DNA of 64,000 nucleotides from Patescibacteria group bacterium (lineage in GTDB: Bacteria; Patescibacteriota; Dojkabacteria; JAKAPS01): contig JANWIC010000016.1 in assembly GCA_025450075.1 (NCBI GenBank), forward strand, positions 2,005 to 66,004, read 5' to 3'. The notes below the pieces were generated by a model. It made no database searches. It saw only the letters and a list, made by a program, of their open reading frames with translations, and was not told where the DNA came from. Shown here one piece after another: positions 45,776-55,953 of this stretch (position 1 is the stretch's first letter; each line of letters starts with the position of its first letter). The position numbers and the translations under genes are program-made.

Positions 45776-47181
45776 ATGGCAATAGATTGGGAAAATGGAT
45801 GAATCAATGGTCCGTTCATTGTGGGTATGTAAGGATTTTGCCAAAAGCTAATTATCCTTTTCCTGCGAAGAAATTCAACAACAAATAGCATCATTTCTAG
45901 CATTGCAACTTTTTCTCCTACACAGCTTCTTGACCCCCCTCCAAATGCAGAGAACGGTGGTTCATATCTTTTTCCGTGAGGATGTGTAGTTAGTCTTTGC
46001 TGATACCTTTCAAAATGAAATGAATCTGGATCAGGATAATATTCCTGCATTCGCTGTGTTCTACCAGGCATTAAAAATACAAGTGTCTTTTCGGCTACCC
46101 GATATAACTGAATTGATCCATCTTTGGTATCTACTGGAATAATCATTTCATGTATTGTTTTTCTAGGAAGAGGTGAAACTTGGGGATGGAGACGTAGCGT
46201 TTCATGAATGCATGCTGCAAGTGTTGGCAAATTTGCCAGTGAGTCAGGAGTACATGGTTCACCTGGATGATATTTATCTTCTATTTCTCTTTCTAAATGG
46301 TGATATGCATCAGGATGCCTTTCAAGTTCCTTAAATAAAAATGTTAAAGTATTTGTTGTCGTATCATGGGCAGCATAAATTACCATTAGCAAATTATTTA
46401 TGATTTCTTCATCTGTTAATTTCCGATTCTGTTCAAAGGGATACTGAACTTGCATTAATTGGCCAAGTATATCATCCTGAGGTGGCATTTCTCTTCTTTT
46501 ATCAATAATTCCTTTAAGGATCTCTACGAGCTTTTCACGAGATTGCATTGCATAGCGGTATGGTAAAAGCGGATTATTTGGTTGTCTAAAAATATCGAAT
46601 GCTGCAAGAGAAAAGGAATGCCAAAGTTTTTTCAACTTTGCAACAAGTAACTTATCTTCTCCTTCTGTTGAAAGTGCAAGATAAATTGCATATTTGAACG
46701 TAATATCTTGCGCAAGTTTCAAAATATTTACTCTTCCGGAAAGTGAAGTGAAAGCTTCAGCCATACATTGAAGAAGAAAATTACAATCTTCCTGTTGAAA
46801 TTTTCTGGGAGTGAGTCTTTCCAATACTGCATGTCGCAATTGGTCATGTATTTCTCCATCAGAAGTCAGTACACCTTGTGGAAACATTTCTCTTGCAATA
46901 ATATGGTATCCCCCACCTTCTCCAAAGATAAAATCGGATGAGTGAGTCAGAACGTACTTTTCTGCTTCTGCACCTAATAGAACTAGCGCAGGTTCTCCAT
47001 CGATCCAGTTGACCCAAAATGCATTACTTCCAGATTTTTCTTGTAATGAGGCTGGAAAACTATTTGGCCTTGCAATTAATTGATAAAATTGCAAAAAAGA
47101 GAATAAATCATGGCAAAAATTTGGAGCATCTCTCGCATCTAATGGACCTGTTTGAGTGAGCTGTTCGTTATCTTCATACAT
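45757..47181 (-). CDS. Cytochrome P450
   Basis: I-helix AAHDTTT, ETLR (ExxR), FHFER, heme motif FGGGSRSCVG. Confidence 0.95.
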   Translation of the reverse strand: MYEDNEQLTQTGPLDARDAPNFCHDLFSFLQFYQLIARPNSFPASLQEKSGSNAFWVNWIDGEPALVLLGAEAEKYVLTHSSDFIFGEGGGYHIIAREMFPQGVLTSDGEIHDQLRHAVLERLTPRKFQQEDCNFLLQCMAEAFTSLSGRVNILKLAQDITFKYAIYLALSTEGEDKLLVAKLKKLWHSFSLAAFDIFRQPNNPLLPYRYAMQSREKLVEILKGIIDKRREMPPQDDILGQLMQVQYPFEQNRKLTDEEIINNLLMVIYAAHDTTTNTLTFLFKELERHPDAYHHLEREIEDKYHPGEPCTPDSLANLPTLAACIHETLRLHPQVSPLPRKTIHEMIIPVDTKDGSIQLYRVAEKTLVFLMPGRTQRMQEYYPDPDSFHFERYQQRLTTHPHGKRYEPPFSAFGGGSRSCVGEKVAMLEMMLFVVEFLRRKRIISFWQNPYIPTMNGPLIHPFSQSIAIQDRRS

Positions 47182-47183
47182 TG

Positions 47184-48734
47184 TTATTCAAAAGTCCAGA
47201 TCTTATGGTTAATATTGAAAGCAATCGCATTTACAATGGCAAAAGTAAACCAGACTTGCATAACATACAGGGTAGAAAAGGCGCTGTACTGGAGAAGTAA
47301 TCCAGCAAAAGCAGCAATAAACCCAATAAATACAGTTTTTGTATACACATCTGTTTTCTTCTTGAGTGCATTGAAAACGTTGAATATTATTACAAGTATG
47401 AATACCGCGAATGCTGAAAACCCAATAATTCCATTTTCTGTAAGTATTTCCAGATACTCGTTATTTACAATTCTCCAACCGATATCTTGTCCATACACAG
47501 ATGGGATCTGATATGGATTTGGCGCTTCATAAGGCCCGAAACTACCAGTACCTATTCCAAGTATTGGATGGGAACTAAAATAGTGAAGAGCTGCATTGCT
47601 AGTTATCGTCCTGTCTGAATCTTCTAAGGCAGTAGCGCGTTGCGTTAAGGTCTCAAGGGTTATTGGAGAATGGGTATAATGCAGAACAAAAATAAAGCCG
47701 GTAATAATAACTGTTAAAAGAATAGCACTCGTGATTATAACTTTTACATTAAGAATCCTTTTAATATTAAACAGAATAACTAATCCAACGGAAAAAGCTG
47801 CAGAATACCATGCTCCCCGGGAAAATGTCATTAATAAGTTAATGAGGCATAAGATAAATACAAGCGTACTTATAAAGATTAGCCTGAATGGAATACTCCT
47901 CTGAAAGAGTTGTCTTTGCTTTCTTCCCAACGATACAACCAGAACTGAAAGAGAAAGAGATACGGGAATAATGAGAAAATTTCCCCAGAATTGTGGTTCC
48001 GATTCTGTTGCCTGTACCCGTGGAAATCCAAATACTACTTTTGTATAGCCTTCACGAAGTCCTGATATTGCAGTAGGCAAGTTTAATGTCCCCGCGATAA
48101 ATTGAAAGACACCATATAGACAGACAATGAGTGATACACCAAGGAGAGCCCAAACTGTTTTTCGCAAAATATCTTTTGAGACAAAGAGATTGGAAATAAG
48201 AATGTAAGTAAAAAAGATAAAAAGATCAAATGAAAGCACAAAAAGACTTCTTGACTTGTTTATCGCATCAACAATAGAGGCAATTGTAATAATACTAAAA
48301 AGAATAAGAATATAAAATGAAGCGTCTTTTTTTATTCGTATTCCTAAAATATGATTTTTCTTATCGGTAAATATCACATAAAATGTGTATGCAATGAAGG
48401 TGAGTACAGTAAATACCTGAGTAAGCCGTAAGTTAAATGACGCATATGTTAGTGCTCCAATTCGTTCAAAAGGTAAAAAAAAGGCAATGATAGGAATTCC
48501 CATTTCTGGTCTTTCAAGTACTTTGCTTACTAAATAGATAATAAAGATTGCTCCAAGAATTATCGGAAATAATAAAAGGAAATAAAGCGCATTGCTTTTT
48601 GGAGAAAAATAATTGATTAAGAGAATACAAACAATTAATAGTAATGATACTTCAAGAAAATATTTTCTTTTCGTTGTTAATATAGTCGAGTTCCCCAGGT
48701 CTTGAAGAATTTTTCTGATATTATTTGCTGCCAT
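47184..48734 (-). CDS. O-antigen ligase/polymerase family (Wzy_C) membrane protein
   Basis: Many TM helices, RVQATESEP, TFSRGAW, HPILGIGTGSF, NNEYLEILTENGIIG. Confidence 0.88.
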   Translation of the reverse strand: MAANNIRKILQDLGNSTILTTKRKYFLEVSLLLIVCILLINYFSPKSNALYFLLLFPIILGAIFIIYLVSKVLERPEMGIPIIAFFLPFERIGALTYASFNLRLTQVFTVLTFIAYTFYVIFTDKKNHILGIRIKKDASFYILILFSIITIASIVDAINKSRSLFVLSFDLFIFFTYILISNLFVSKDILRKTVWALLGVSLIVCLYGVFQFIAGTLNLPTAISGLREGYTKVVFGFPRVQATESEPQFWGNFLIIPVSLSLSVLVVSLGRKQRQLFQRSIPFRLIFISTLVFILCLINLLMTFSRGAWYSAAFSVGLVILFNIKRILNVKVIITSAILLTVIITGFIFVLHYTHSPITLETLTQRATALEDSDRTITSNAALHYFSSHPILGIGTGSFGPYEAPNPYQIPSVYGQDIGWRIVNNEYLEILTENGIIGFSAFAVFILVIIFNVFNALKKKTDVYTKTVFIGFIAAFAGLLLQYSAFSTLYVMQVWFTFAIVNAIAFNINHKIWTFE

Positions 48735-48777
48735 ATCTGCAAAATGATATTTCTTAGCTGTTATTGTAGCACATTTA

Positions 48778-48850
48778 TGGGTAATGCAGGACTTGAACCT
48801 GCGGCCCTACGAATGTGAATCGTATGCTCTACCAGCTGAGCTAATTACCC
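48778..48850 (-). tRNA. tRNA-Val(CAC)
   Basis: Reverse complement GGGTAAT...ATTACCC-A; anticodon arm TACGA-TTCACAT-TCGTA. Confidence 0.96.
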
Positions 48851-48929
48851 GTGTGCTTATTATACTAAAATTCTTTATAAGCCTAAAGAAATTTGAAATT
48901 ATTCGGTAGGGTTGGGTATAATACAACCG

Positions 48930-49688
48930 ATGCAAAACATAAATTATTTCACAGCCTTCCTGTTTGGATTGCTTGCCTTTCTTTCTCCTTGCACATTCCC
49001 ATTAGTGCCTTCCTTTTTGGCATTTCTTGTCGGAGTCAGTGTTCAAAACCTTGAAGATAGTGTCTATACGAAAACACACAGGAACAAGATTATGCTGCAT
49101 GTCTTCTTATATATCCTAGGAGCAAGTTTGGTTCTTGTGGTACTTGGATCAGCAGCGGGATCTGTCGGATATACATTACGGGTTAATCGCTATCTCCTTC
49201 AGCAAATTGGAGGGGTAATCGTAATAGTATTCGGACTCTCCCTAATTGTCTCTTCACGAATTTTACTATTTGCCCGGACTTATCAGATGAATAAGATTAT
49301 TGAAAAAGTTAAAGTTTTCAGATCTTCACATCCCTCAAGCCAGCCATTTATCTCTTTTCTACTAGGAGTGGTTTTTACCCTTGGATGGATTCCCTGTCTT
49401 TCACCAATCCTAGGAGGAATACTCGTACTTGCCTCTTCTTCATCAAGTACATTGTATGGAGCAACTCTGTTATTCATATATGCACTTGGACAAAATCTTC
49501 CCCTTCTTTTTATCGCTTTTTTGTTAAGCAGCTATCTGGGATACTTGAAAAAAATACGTCAACATATATCCTTTATTTCTAATTTTGCTGGAATTATCCT
49601 CATTCTTACCGGGATAATACTACTCTTCGGAGGATTTTCAAATCTTACAAAAATTTTCTATTCCCTCGGAAATTCCCTCAATATTTGA
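48930..49688 (+). CDS. ccdA: CcdA/DsbD-type transmembrane thiol-reducing protein
   Basis: FLSPCTFPLVP and GWIPCLSPIL; TATAAT-7nt-ATG upstream. Confidence 0.92.
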   Translation: MQNINYFTAFLFGLLAFLSPCTFPLVPSFLAFLVGVSVQNLEDSVYTKTHRNKIMLHVFLYILGASLVLVVLGSAAGSVGYTLRVNRYLLQQIGGVIVIVFGLSLIVSSRILLFARTYQMNKIIEKVKVFRSSHPSSQPFISFLLGVVFTLGWIPCLSPILGGILVLASSSSSTLYGATLLFIYALGQNLPLLFIAFLLSSYLGYLKKIRQHISFISNFAGIILILTGIILLFGGFSNLTKIFYSLGNSLNI

Positions 49689-49711
49689 CTCATATGGATT
49701 TTTAGGTGCAT

Positions 49712-49775
49712 TTGACATTCCTTAATTAGGGGTATATATTGTGGTTATAAATTTAACTACCACAACATGTTGTAT
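49712..49775 (+). promoter_or_regulatory. nrdR-nrdAB promoter with tandem NrdR boxes
   Basis: TTGACA-17-TATATT; boxes GGGGTATATATTGTGG (49729-49744) and CCACAACATGTTGTAT (49760-49775), 31 bp apart, resembling acaCwAtATaTwGtgt. Confidence 0.85.
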
Positions 49776-50232
49776 GAGATGCCCACATTGTAAACACCAT
49801 GAATCCAAAGTCGTAGATAAGCGAGATATTTTTGATTCGGGTATTATTCGCCGAAGAAGAGAATGTCTGTCTTGTTCAAAACGTTTCACAACTTATGAAA
49901 AAATTGATACGACGGATATTATGGTTATCAAAAAAGATGGAAGAAGAGAATCATTTGATGCTGAGAAATTAAAACGAGGATTAATGCGTGCTTGTGAAAA
50001 ACGTCCTATCAATATGAAACAAATTGATAAGATGACGGATGAAATTGAGGAATATATCCGAAAACTTAATGTTTCAGAAGTTACTTCAGATACCATCGGT
50101 GACCAGGTCGTACAGGCATTACAAAAAATAGATAAGGTAGCTTGTGTAAGATTCGCATCTGTGTATAAATCATTTCAAAATATAACTGAATTTGAAGAAG
50201 AAGTGCAGGCCCTGCTTCAAACTAATCCATAA
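49774..50232 (+). CDS. nrdR: Transcriptional repressor NrdR
   Basis: MRCPHC, IRRRRECLSC..RFTTYE, ATP cone, VRFASVY. Confidence 0.97.
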   Translation: MRCPHCKHHESKVVDKRDIFDSGIIRRRRECLSCSKRFTTYEKIDTTDIMVIKKDGRRESFDAEKLKRGLMRACEKRPINMKQIDKMTDEIEEYIRKLNVSEVTSDTIGDQVVQALQKIDKVACVRFASVYKSFQNITEFEEEVQALLQTNP

Positions 50233-50251
50233 TTATTTTATCTGTACTGCC

Positions 50252-52978
50252 ATGATTGACACAATAAAAAAAAGAGATGGAAGAATAGTACGATTTGATA
50301 GAGAAAAAATCGAACGGGCAATTACGAAAGCATATATTGCAACCAGTACAGAGATAAATACGGATCTGATAACACATATCACGGATAGTGTCATCTCCGA
50401 CCTGTCAAAACATCAAGATAGAACTCCTGAAGTTGAAGAAATACAAGATTTAGTTGAGAGACAAATTGCTTCAAGTGGACTTTTTGAAGTTGCAAAAGCA
50501 TATATTTTGTATCGACATGAACATGAAAAAATACGTGTAGAAGAAAAACTTGAAAAAATAGAAACACGCCAACTGCAGGTTGTTTCACGGGATGGTTCCT
50601 CTTCTCCATTTTCACCATCAATCGTTCGAAACTTCCTAAAAAAAATTACGCATGAGAGGCTTTCGGCTACTGAAATATTAGAAATTATTCATGAAATAAC
50701 AAATGGTGTTTATGATGGTATTTCATCAAAAGAAATAACCAGAATTATCATTATGTCATTTATTGCAAGGGTGGAGCGAGACCCGATCTATTCTAAAATT
50801 GCAGCAGATATTCTTTTGAATGCAATGTATAAAGATGTCATTGGGGTTGATGAATTTGATAAAAACTTTGAAAAGAAATATCGTGAATCACTAGAGTCAC
50901 AAATGAAATTGGGGGTTTCAATCCAGCGCCTTGATCCAAGATTATTGGAATATGATTATGCAATGTTAAGTAAGGCGATGGTACTTAATCGAGATCATAT
51001 CTTCAATTATATGGGGATAGAAACCTTGTATGAGAGATATTTTACGCATGATTTTGAACAACATGTCATAGAACTTCCACAACATTACTATATGAGACTG
51101 GCTATGGGATTTGCTTTAAACGAAAAAGATAAGAACTCATGTTGCCTCGACTTCTATAACCTGCTTTCAACACTTCGATATGTTCCATCAACACCAACCC
51201 AGTTTCATGCAGGAACACTTCATCCACAGATGAGTTCATGCTATTTAACGACGGTAGAAGATGACCTTGCACATATTTTTAAATGTATTGGTGATAATGC
51301 CCAATTATCAAAATGGTCTGGAGGTCTAGGAAATGATTGGACAAATATTCGAGGAACCGGAGCTTTAATTAAAGGAACAAATGTCGGAAGCCAGGGAGTG
51401 ATCCCCTTCTTAAAGATTGATGATGCTACAACTGCCGCCATTAACAGAAGCGGAAAAAGACGAGGTGCTGCTTGTGTCTATCTTGAAACATGGCATTATG
51501 ATATTGAAGAATTTATTGAACTGCGAAAAAATACCGGAGATGAAAGAAGAAGAATCCATGATACTGATACAGCAAACTGGATTCCTGACCTATTCATGAA
51601 AAGAGTATTGGAGAATGGCGATTGGACATTATTTTCTCCTGATGAAACTCCTGAACTTCACCATGTATATGGTAAACAATTTGAAAAAATATATACCTCA
51701 TACGAGAAAAAAGCTGAAGAAGGAAAAATCCAACTTTATAAAAAAATTAGCGCACAATACCTTTGGCGGAAAATGATTAGTATGTTGTTTGAAACGGGTC
51801 ATCCATGGATAACTTTTAAAGACCCATGCAATCTTCGTTCTCCTCAAGATCACGTAGGAGTAGTTCATTCATCAAACTTATGTACTGAAATCACCCTTAA
51901 TACATCTGCAGATGAAACCGCTGTGTGTAATTTAGGCTCCATTAACCTTCCTGTCCATATGGGTAAAAACGGTAAAATTAATAAGAAAATGCTTAGCCAG
52001 ACAATTTCTTTTGCGATGCGGATGCTTGATAATATTATCGACTATAATTTTTATCCCACAATAGAAGCAGAACATGCAAACTATCGACATCGTCCTGTTG
52101 GACTTGGCATTATGGGGTTACAAGATATTTTCTTCGTGATGGGAATGCGTTTTGACAGTAACAAAGCTGTGGAATTTTCTGATGAACTGATGGAGTTTGT
52201 ATCTTATCATGCTATTCTTTCTTCTTCCCGCTTAGCAAAAGAAAAGGGACAATACCAAAGCTACCCTGGTTCAAAATGGGATAGAGGTATATTCCCCATT
52301 GATACGCTCGCCATTCTTGAAAAAGAACGAGGTATGAAAACAGGTATATCAAAAACTGGAAAGATGGATTGGACTCCTGTTCGGGAACATGTGAAAAAAT
52401 ATGGGATGAGAAATTCAAATTGTATGGCAATCGCTCCAACTGCAACTATATCAACAATTGCAGGAACATATCCATCAATTGAACCGATTTATGAGAACCT
52501 GTATGTAAAGTCAAATCAAACTGGGGAGTTTACAATTATGAATGAGTATCTGGTTAAAGATTTAAAGAAATTGCGTCTTTGGAATGAAGCAATCAGGACA
52601 AAATTAAAATATTTTGATGGATCTTTGCAAAAAATCCCTGAAATACCACAAAATTTAAAAGATATGTATAAAGAAGCTTTTGAGATTGATCCATTATGGG
52701 TTATTAAGCATGCGGCATATCGGGGGAAATGGATTGATCAGTCGCAATCTATCAATATATTTTCGTCAACTGTTTCTGGAAAAGAAATTTCTGATATCTA
52801 TATGGCAGCGTGGCAAATGGGATTAAAAACCACCTATTACCTGAGAAGTTTAGGAGCATCTAGAATTGAAAAAAGTACAATAGATATAAATAAGAAGTAT
52901 GAGAATGAAGAAGAAATAATTGTTGAAGAAATTAAAGCTTGCAGAATCGATGATCCTGAATGCGAAGCTTGCCAATGA
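50252..52978 (+). CDS. nrdA: Ribonucleoside-diphosphate reductase alpha subunit (two ATP cones)
   Basis: IKKRDG, SSCY, SNLCTEI, APTATIS, KTTYY, C-terminal CEAC. Confidence 0.98.
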   Translation: MIDTIKKRDGRIVRFDREKIERAITKAYIATSTEINTDLITHITDSVISDLSKHQDRTPEVEEIQDLVERQIASSGLFEVAKAYILYRHEHEKIRVEEKLEKIETRQLQVVSRDGSSSPFSPSIVRNFLKKITHERLSATEILEIIHEITNGVYDGISSKEITRIIIMSFIARVERDPIYSKIAADILLNAMYKDVIGVDEFDKNFEKKYRESLESQMKLGVSIQRLDPRLLEYDYAMLSKAMVLNRDHIFNYMGIETLYERYFTHDFEQHVIELPQHYYMRLAMGFALNEKDKNSCCLDFYNLLSTLRYVPSTPTQFHAGTLHPQMSSCYLTTVEDDLAHIFKCIGDNAQLSKWSGGLGNDWTNIRGTGALIKGTNVGSQGVIPFLKIDDATTAAINRSGKRRGAACVYLETWHYDIEEFIELRKNTGDERRRIHDTDTANWIPDLFMKRVLENGDWTLFSPDETPELHHVYGKQFEKIYTSYEKKAEEGKIQLYKKISAQYLWRKMISMLFETGHPWITFKDPCNLRSPQDHVGVVHSSNLCTEITLNTSADETAVCNLGSINLPVHMGKNGKINKKMLSQTISFAMRMLDNIIDYNFYPTIEAEHANYRHRPVGLGIMGLQDIFFVMGMRFDSNKAVEFSDELMEFVSYHAILSSSRLAKEKGQYQSYPGSKWDRGIFPIDTLAILEKERGMKTGISKTGKMDWTPVREHVKKYGMRNSNCMAIAPTATISTIAGTYPSIEPIYENLYVKSNQTGEFTIMNEYLVKDLKKLRLWNEAIRTKLKYFDGSLQKIPEIPQNLKDMYKEAFEIDPLWVIKHAAYRGKWIDQSQSINIFSSTVSGKEISDIYMAAWQMGLKTTYYLRSLGASRIEKSTIDINKKYENEEEIIVEEIKACRIDDPECEACQ

Positions 52979-52995
52979 TTTAATCAAATAACTTT

Positions 52996-54003
52996 ATGAA
53001 AACCATAAAAAAAACAATCCTTAATGCATCAGCAACAGATCCAAATAAAATATTGCCGATGAAGTATAAATGGGCGCGTGAATTCTATAAACAGGGAGTT
53101 GCAAATAACTGGGTTCCTGAAGAAGTCATTATGCAAAATGATGTGGAAACATGGAAATCTACCAAGGGATTAAGTGATGATGAGCGACGGCTCATCATGT
53201 GGAATATGGGATTTTTTTCAACTGCAGAAAGTCTTACCGCAAACAATATTGTCCTTTCAATGTATCGGCATATCACCAATCCTGAATGCAGGCAATATCT
53301 CCTTCGTCAAGCGTATGAAGAGGCTGTCCATACTGATACGTTTATCTATTGCTGTGATACATTGGGTCTGGACCCTGACAAGGTATATTCCATGTACAAT
53401 GAAATACCGAGCATTAAAGCAAAAGATGATTTTGTAGTAAATATGACTAAATCAATTCTTGACGAAAATTTCTCAACAAAAGGAGCAATAAATATACAGC
53501 GTTTTGTACATGATCTTGTCGGATTTTATATCATTATGGAAGGAATATTTTTTTATGCAGGATTTGTCATGATGCTTTCAATGCTCAGGCAAAGAAAAAT
53601 GGTTGGGGTTGGAGAACAGTTCCAGTTTATCCTTCGGGATGAATCTGTACACTTAGCCTTTGGCACAGAACTTATTAAAACTATATTTGCTGAAAATCCC
53701 GAAGTGTTAACAAAAGAATTTGCAGATACAATTCGAGTGGATATTCTTACAGGTGTTGAACTAGAATATGCATATGCTAAGGATTGTCTTCCTCACGGAA
53801 TTCTTGGATTGCAAGCAGATACTATTTTGCAATATTTACAATACATTGCTGACCGTAGACTGGAAAGGATAGGATTTAAAAAAGAATTTGGATCTAAAAA
53901 TCCATTTCCATGGATGAGCGAGATAATTGATCTTCGTAAAGAAAAGAATTTTTTTGAAACAAGAGTAACAGAATATCAAACAGGATCTCTAAGCTGGGAT
54001 TAA
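52996..54003 (+). CDS. nrdB: Ribonucleotide reductase beta subunit, class Ic-type
   Basis: TAES(E78), EEAVHTDTF(F116), EGIFFY, RDESVH, NFFETRVTEY. Confidence 0.96.
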   Translation: MKTIKKTILNASATDPNKILPMKYKWAREFYKQGVANNWVPEEVIMQNDVETWKSTKGLSDDERRLIMWNMGFFSTAESLTANNIVLSMYRHITNPECRQYLLRQAYEEAVHTDTFIYCCDTLGLDPDKVYSMYNEIPSIKAKDDFVVNMTKSILDENFSTKGAINIQRFVHDLVGFYIIMEGIFFYAGFVMMLSMLRQRKMVGVGEQFQFILRDESVHLAFGTELIKTIFAENPEVLTKEFADTIRVDILTGVELEYAYAKDCLPHGILGLQADTILQYLQYIADRRLERIGFKKEFGSKNPFPWMSEIIDLRKEKNFFETRVTEYQTGSLSWD

Positions 54004-54057
54004 TTCAAATGATTTTTCCTTCAAAGAAAAGATAGTGTATACTGGTTGGTATCTGCT

Positions 54058-55470
54058 ATGTCAAAGTTTTTACGTGAAAAAATTCAACTAATTCTTGCTC
54101 TGATGCTAATCTGCTCAGTAATTGGCTTTTCATTAGCAGGGACACCGCATGGTCATGTGAAAGGAGCAAGCGCACTTTCCATCCCATTTGTCGCATCTAT
54201 TGATACGATGAAAGAAAGTAGAGATACTGAAACGTTTCCACTTACATTTACACAGATTGCGGATGATGTGAATCTTTCATCTTCACTGTATGCCAACTAT
54301 ATCACAGTTGATACTCATTGGGATTATCCTAATTACGCACTTTCCTGGGTAAAAGCGATTCGCGCTGCAGGAAAACATGTTTGGTTTCGTATGGCTCCAA
54401 ACCAATGGGAGAATAATAATGGTGTAACAGGAATAATGACTCCAAGTGCATATGAGAGTGCCCTTCAAACCTTTATCACATCTAATCCAGGACTTTTCCA
54501 ATCAGGCGACATTTTCGATCCTTGTCCTGAACCGGAAAATGGGCATTATTGGGTAAGTACATATGGATCTCAATGGAGCTGGCATGCTCCAAATGCAGCT
54601 ACTGCAGATTTTAATCAATTTATCCGTACGACATCTGATGTTGCCGACAGTGCATTTAACCAAATCGGAGTACATGGAGTAATCACATCTATTCGATCTA
54701 CCAATTCATTTTTTGCAACGCATCCGGAAGATTTAGAGCAGGCAACAGTTGATAAGTTTGGTCTGATTACTTTTGATTCCTATCCGGAAAGTACCACAAC
54801 TGATCCTGCAACAGCAACGAATTTACGCATTTCGGAAATCCAGCAAGTAGAAAATACCTGGCATGTGCCAATTGTACTCGGAGAGGTCGGGTATAGCAAT
54901 GCAGTTGCAGTAGATGATGTAACACAAGAATCTGTTGTTAAAGCAGAACTACAAGGTATTGCGGCTCTCCCATATATTATTGGAATGAACTATTGGGTTG
55001 GGGCGGGAACAAACAATTCGGGAGGATATACCCATATCTTTGCCGGAAGTAATGGGAACTGGTCTCTTCGTCCAGCAGCAGCAGATGTCGCAAGTTTTTA
55101 CGCTTCACAACAGCCTGTTGTCACTTCTGCTACACCTCCAATTACTCAAACAATTCCCGACATTACTGCTCCTCAATCACAATTAACATTAAGCCCCCCT
55201 ATCACTCCAAGTATTAAGAATAAGGTTGAAACCTCAACAGCAATACCTCCTACAATTTCTCCCTCCATTGTTGCAACTATTCTTCCCTCTCCACAGATAA
55301 CGGAGAAACCGGTTCAAAAAGTGCAATTAACGGGAAAGAAAAAAGCTAAAATCATTACTAAACATAATCACAAATTTACCACAGTTCAGGATGTACAAAG
55401 TTTTGAAGAATCCTTTCTTGGAAATATCCTCCATATGATAGAATCAGTATTGACCAATGGAACGAAATGA
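54058..55470 (+). CDS. Secreted glycoside hydrolase-like protein (clan GH-A-like) with Pro/Thr-rich tail
   Basis: Signal peptide, CPEPE (acid/base-like), FDSY, LGEVGY (nucleophile-like), NYW. Confidence 0.6.
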   Translation: MSKFLREKIQLILALMLICSVIGFSLAGTPHGHVKGASALSIPFVASIDTMKESRDTETFPLTFTQIADDVNLSSSLYANYITVDTHWDYPNYALSWVKAIRAAGKHVWFRMAPNQWENNNGVTGIMTPSAYESALQTFITSNPGLFQSGDIFDPCPEPENGHYWVSTYGSQWSWHAPNAATADFNQFIRTTSDVADSAFNQIGVHGVITSIRSTNSFFATHPEDLEQATVDKFGLITFDSYPESTTTDPATATNLRISEIQQVENTWHVPIVLGEVGYSNAVAVDDVTQESVVKAELQGIAALPYIIGMNYWVGAGTNNSGGYTHIFAGSNGNWSLRPAAADVASFYASQQPVVTSATPPITQTIPDITAPQSQLTLSPPITPSIKNKVETSTAIPPTISPSIVATILPSPQITEKPVQKVQLTGKKKAKIITKHNHKFTTVQDVQSFEESFLGNILHMIESVLTNGTK

Positions 55471-55705
55471 AGAAAAATTAATTCAAAATTTAATAAAGTC
55501 TCTGTATATGGTGTATGGGAGTAAAAGAAATTTCTTTTTGAGAAATTTTGTTGGCGGGATGATATATGGAATAGGTGCAACTGTAGGAGTCTCGCTTTTT
55601 TTGCTCTTTCTTGGCTTTATTGCGCATCTTCTCGGAGCATTACCATTTATCGGGCAATTTTTAGGGAGCTTTGTAAATGAAGTAACAAAAAATTCTCATC
55701 ATTAA
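55457..55705 (+). CDS. Small membrane protein, DUF5665-like
   Basis: [16 protein letters not shown] pattern. Confidence 0.7.
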   Translation: MERNEEKLIQNLIKSLYMVYGSKRNFFLRNFVGGMIYGIGATVGVSLFLLFLGFIAHLLGALPFIGQFLGSFVNEVTKNSHH

Positions 55706-55953
55706 GAAACAGGATCATATCCACCTTTAGAAAATGGATTGCATCGAAGTATGCGATAAGTTCCCATTATCCCACCTTTCACCAGTCCATATTTTGTTAT
55801 TGCTTGATAAGTATATTCTGAACATGATGGATCATATTTACAATAACCTTGGGGAAATCGATGTTTGAATATGCCATGATCGGGTGAAAGTGTTTTTTGA
55901 TATCCCTTGATAATAACAAGAGCAATTTCTTTGGGAATATGGTAAATTTTCAT
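55702..55953 (-). CDS. yidD: Membrane protein insertion efficiency factor
   Basis: [33 protein letters not shown]. Confidence 0.95.
   Translation of the reverse strand: MKIYHIPKEIALVIIKGYQKTLSPDHGIFKHRFPQGYCKYDPSCSEYTYQAITKYGLVKGGIMGTYRILRCNPFSKGGYDPVS

Noticed and set aside
43013..48850. tRNA-Val-anchored genomic island or prophage
   Set aside because: No integrase and no duplicated tRNA 3' end on the appropriate side. The 11-nt match GGGTAATGCAG at about 63870 is inside a gene and likely chance.
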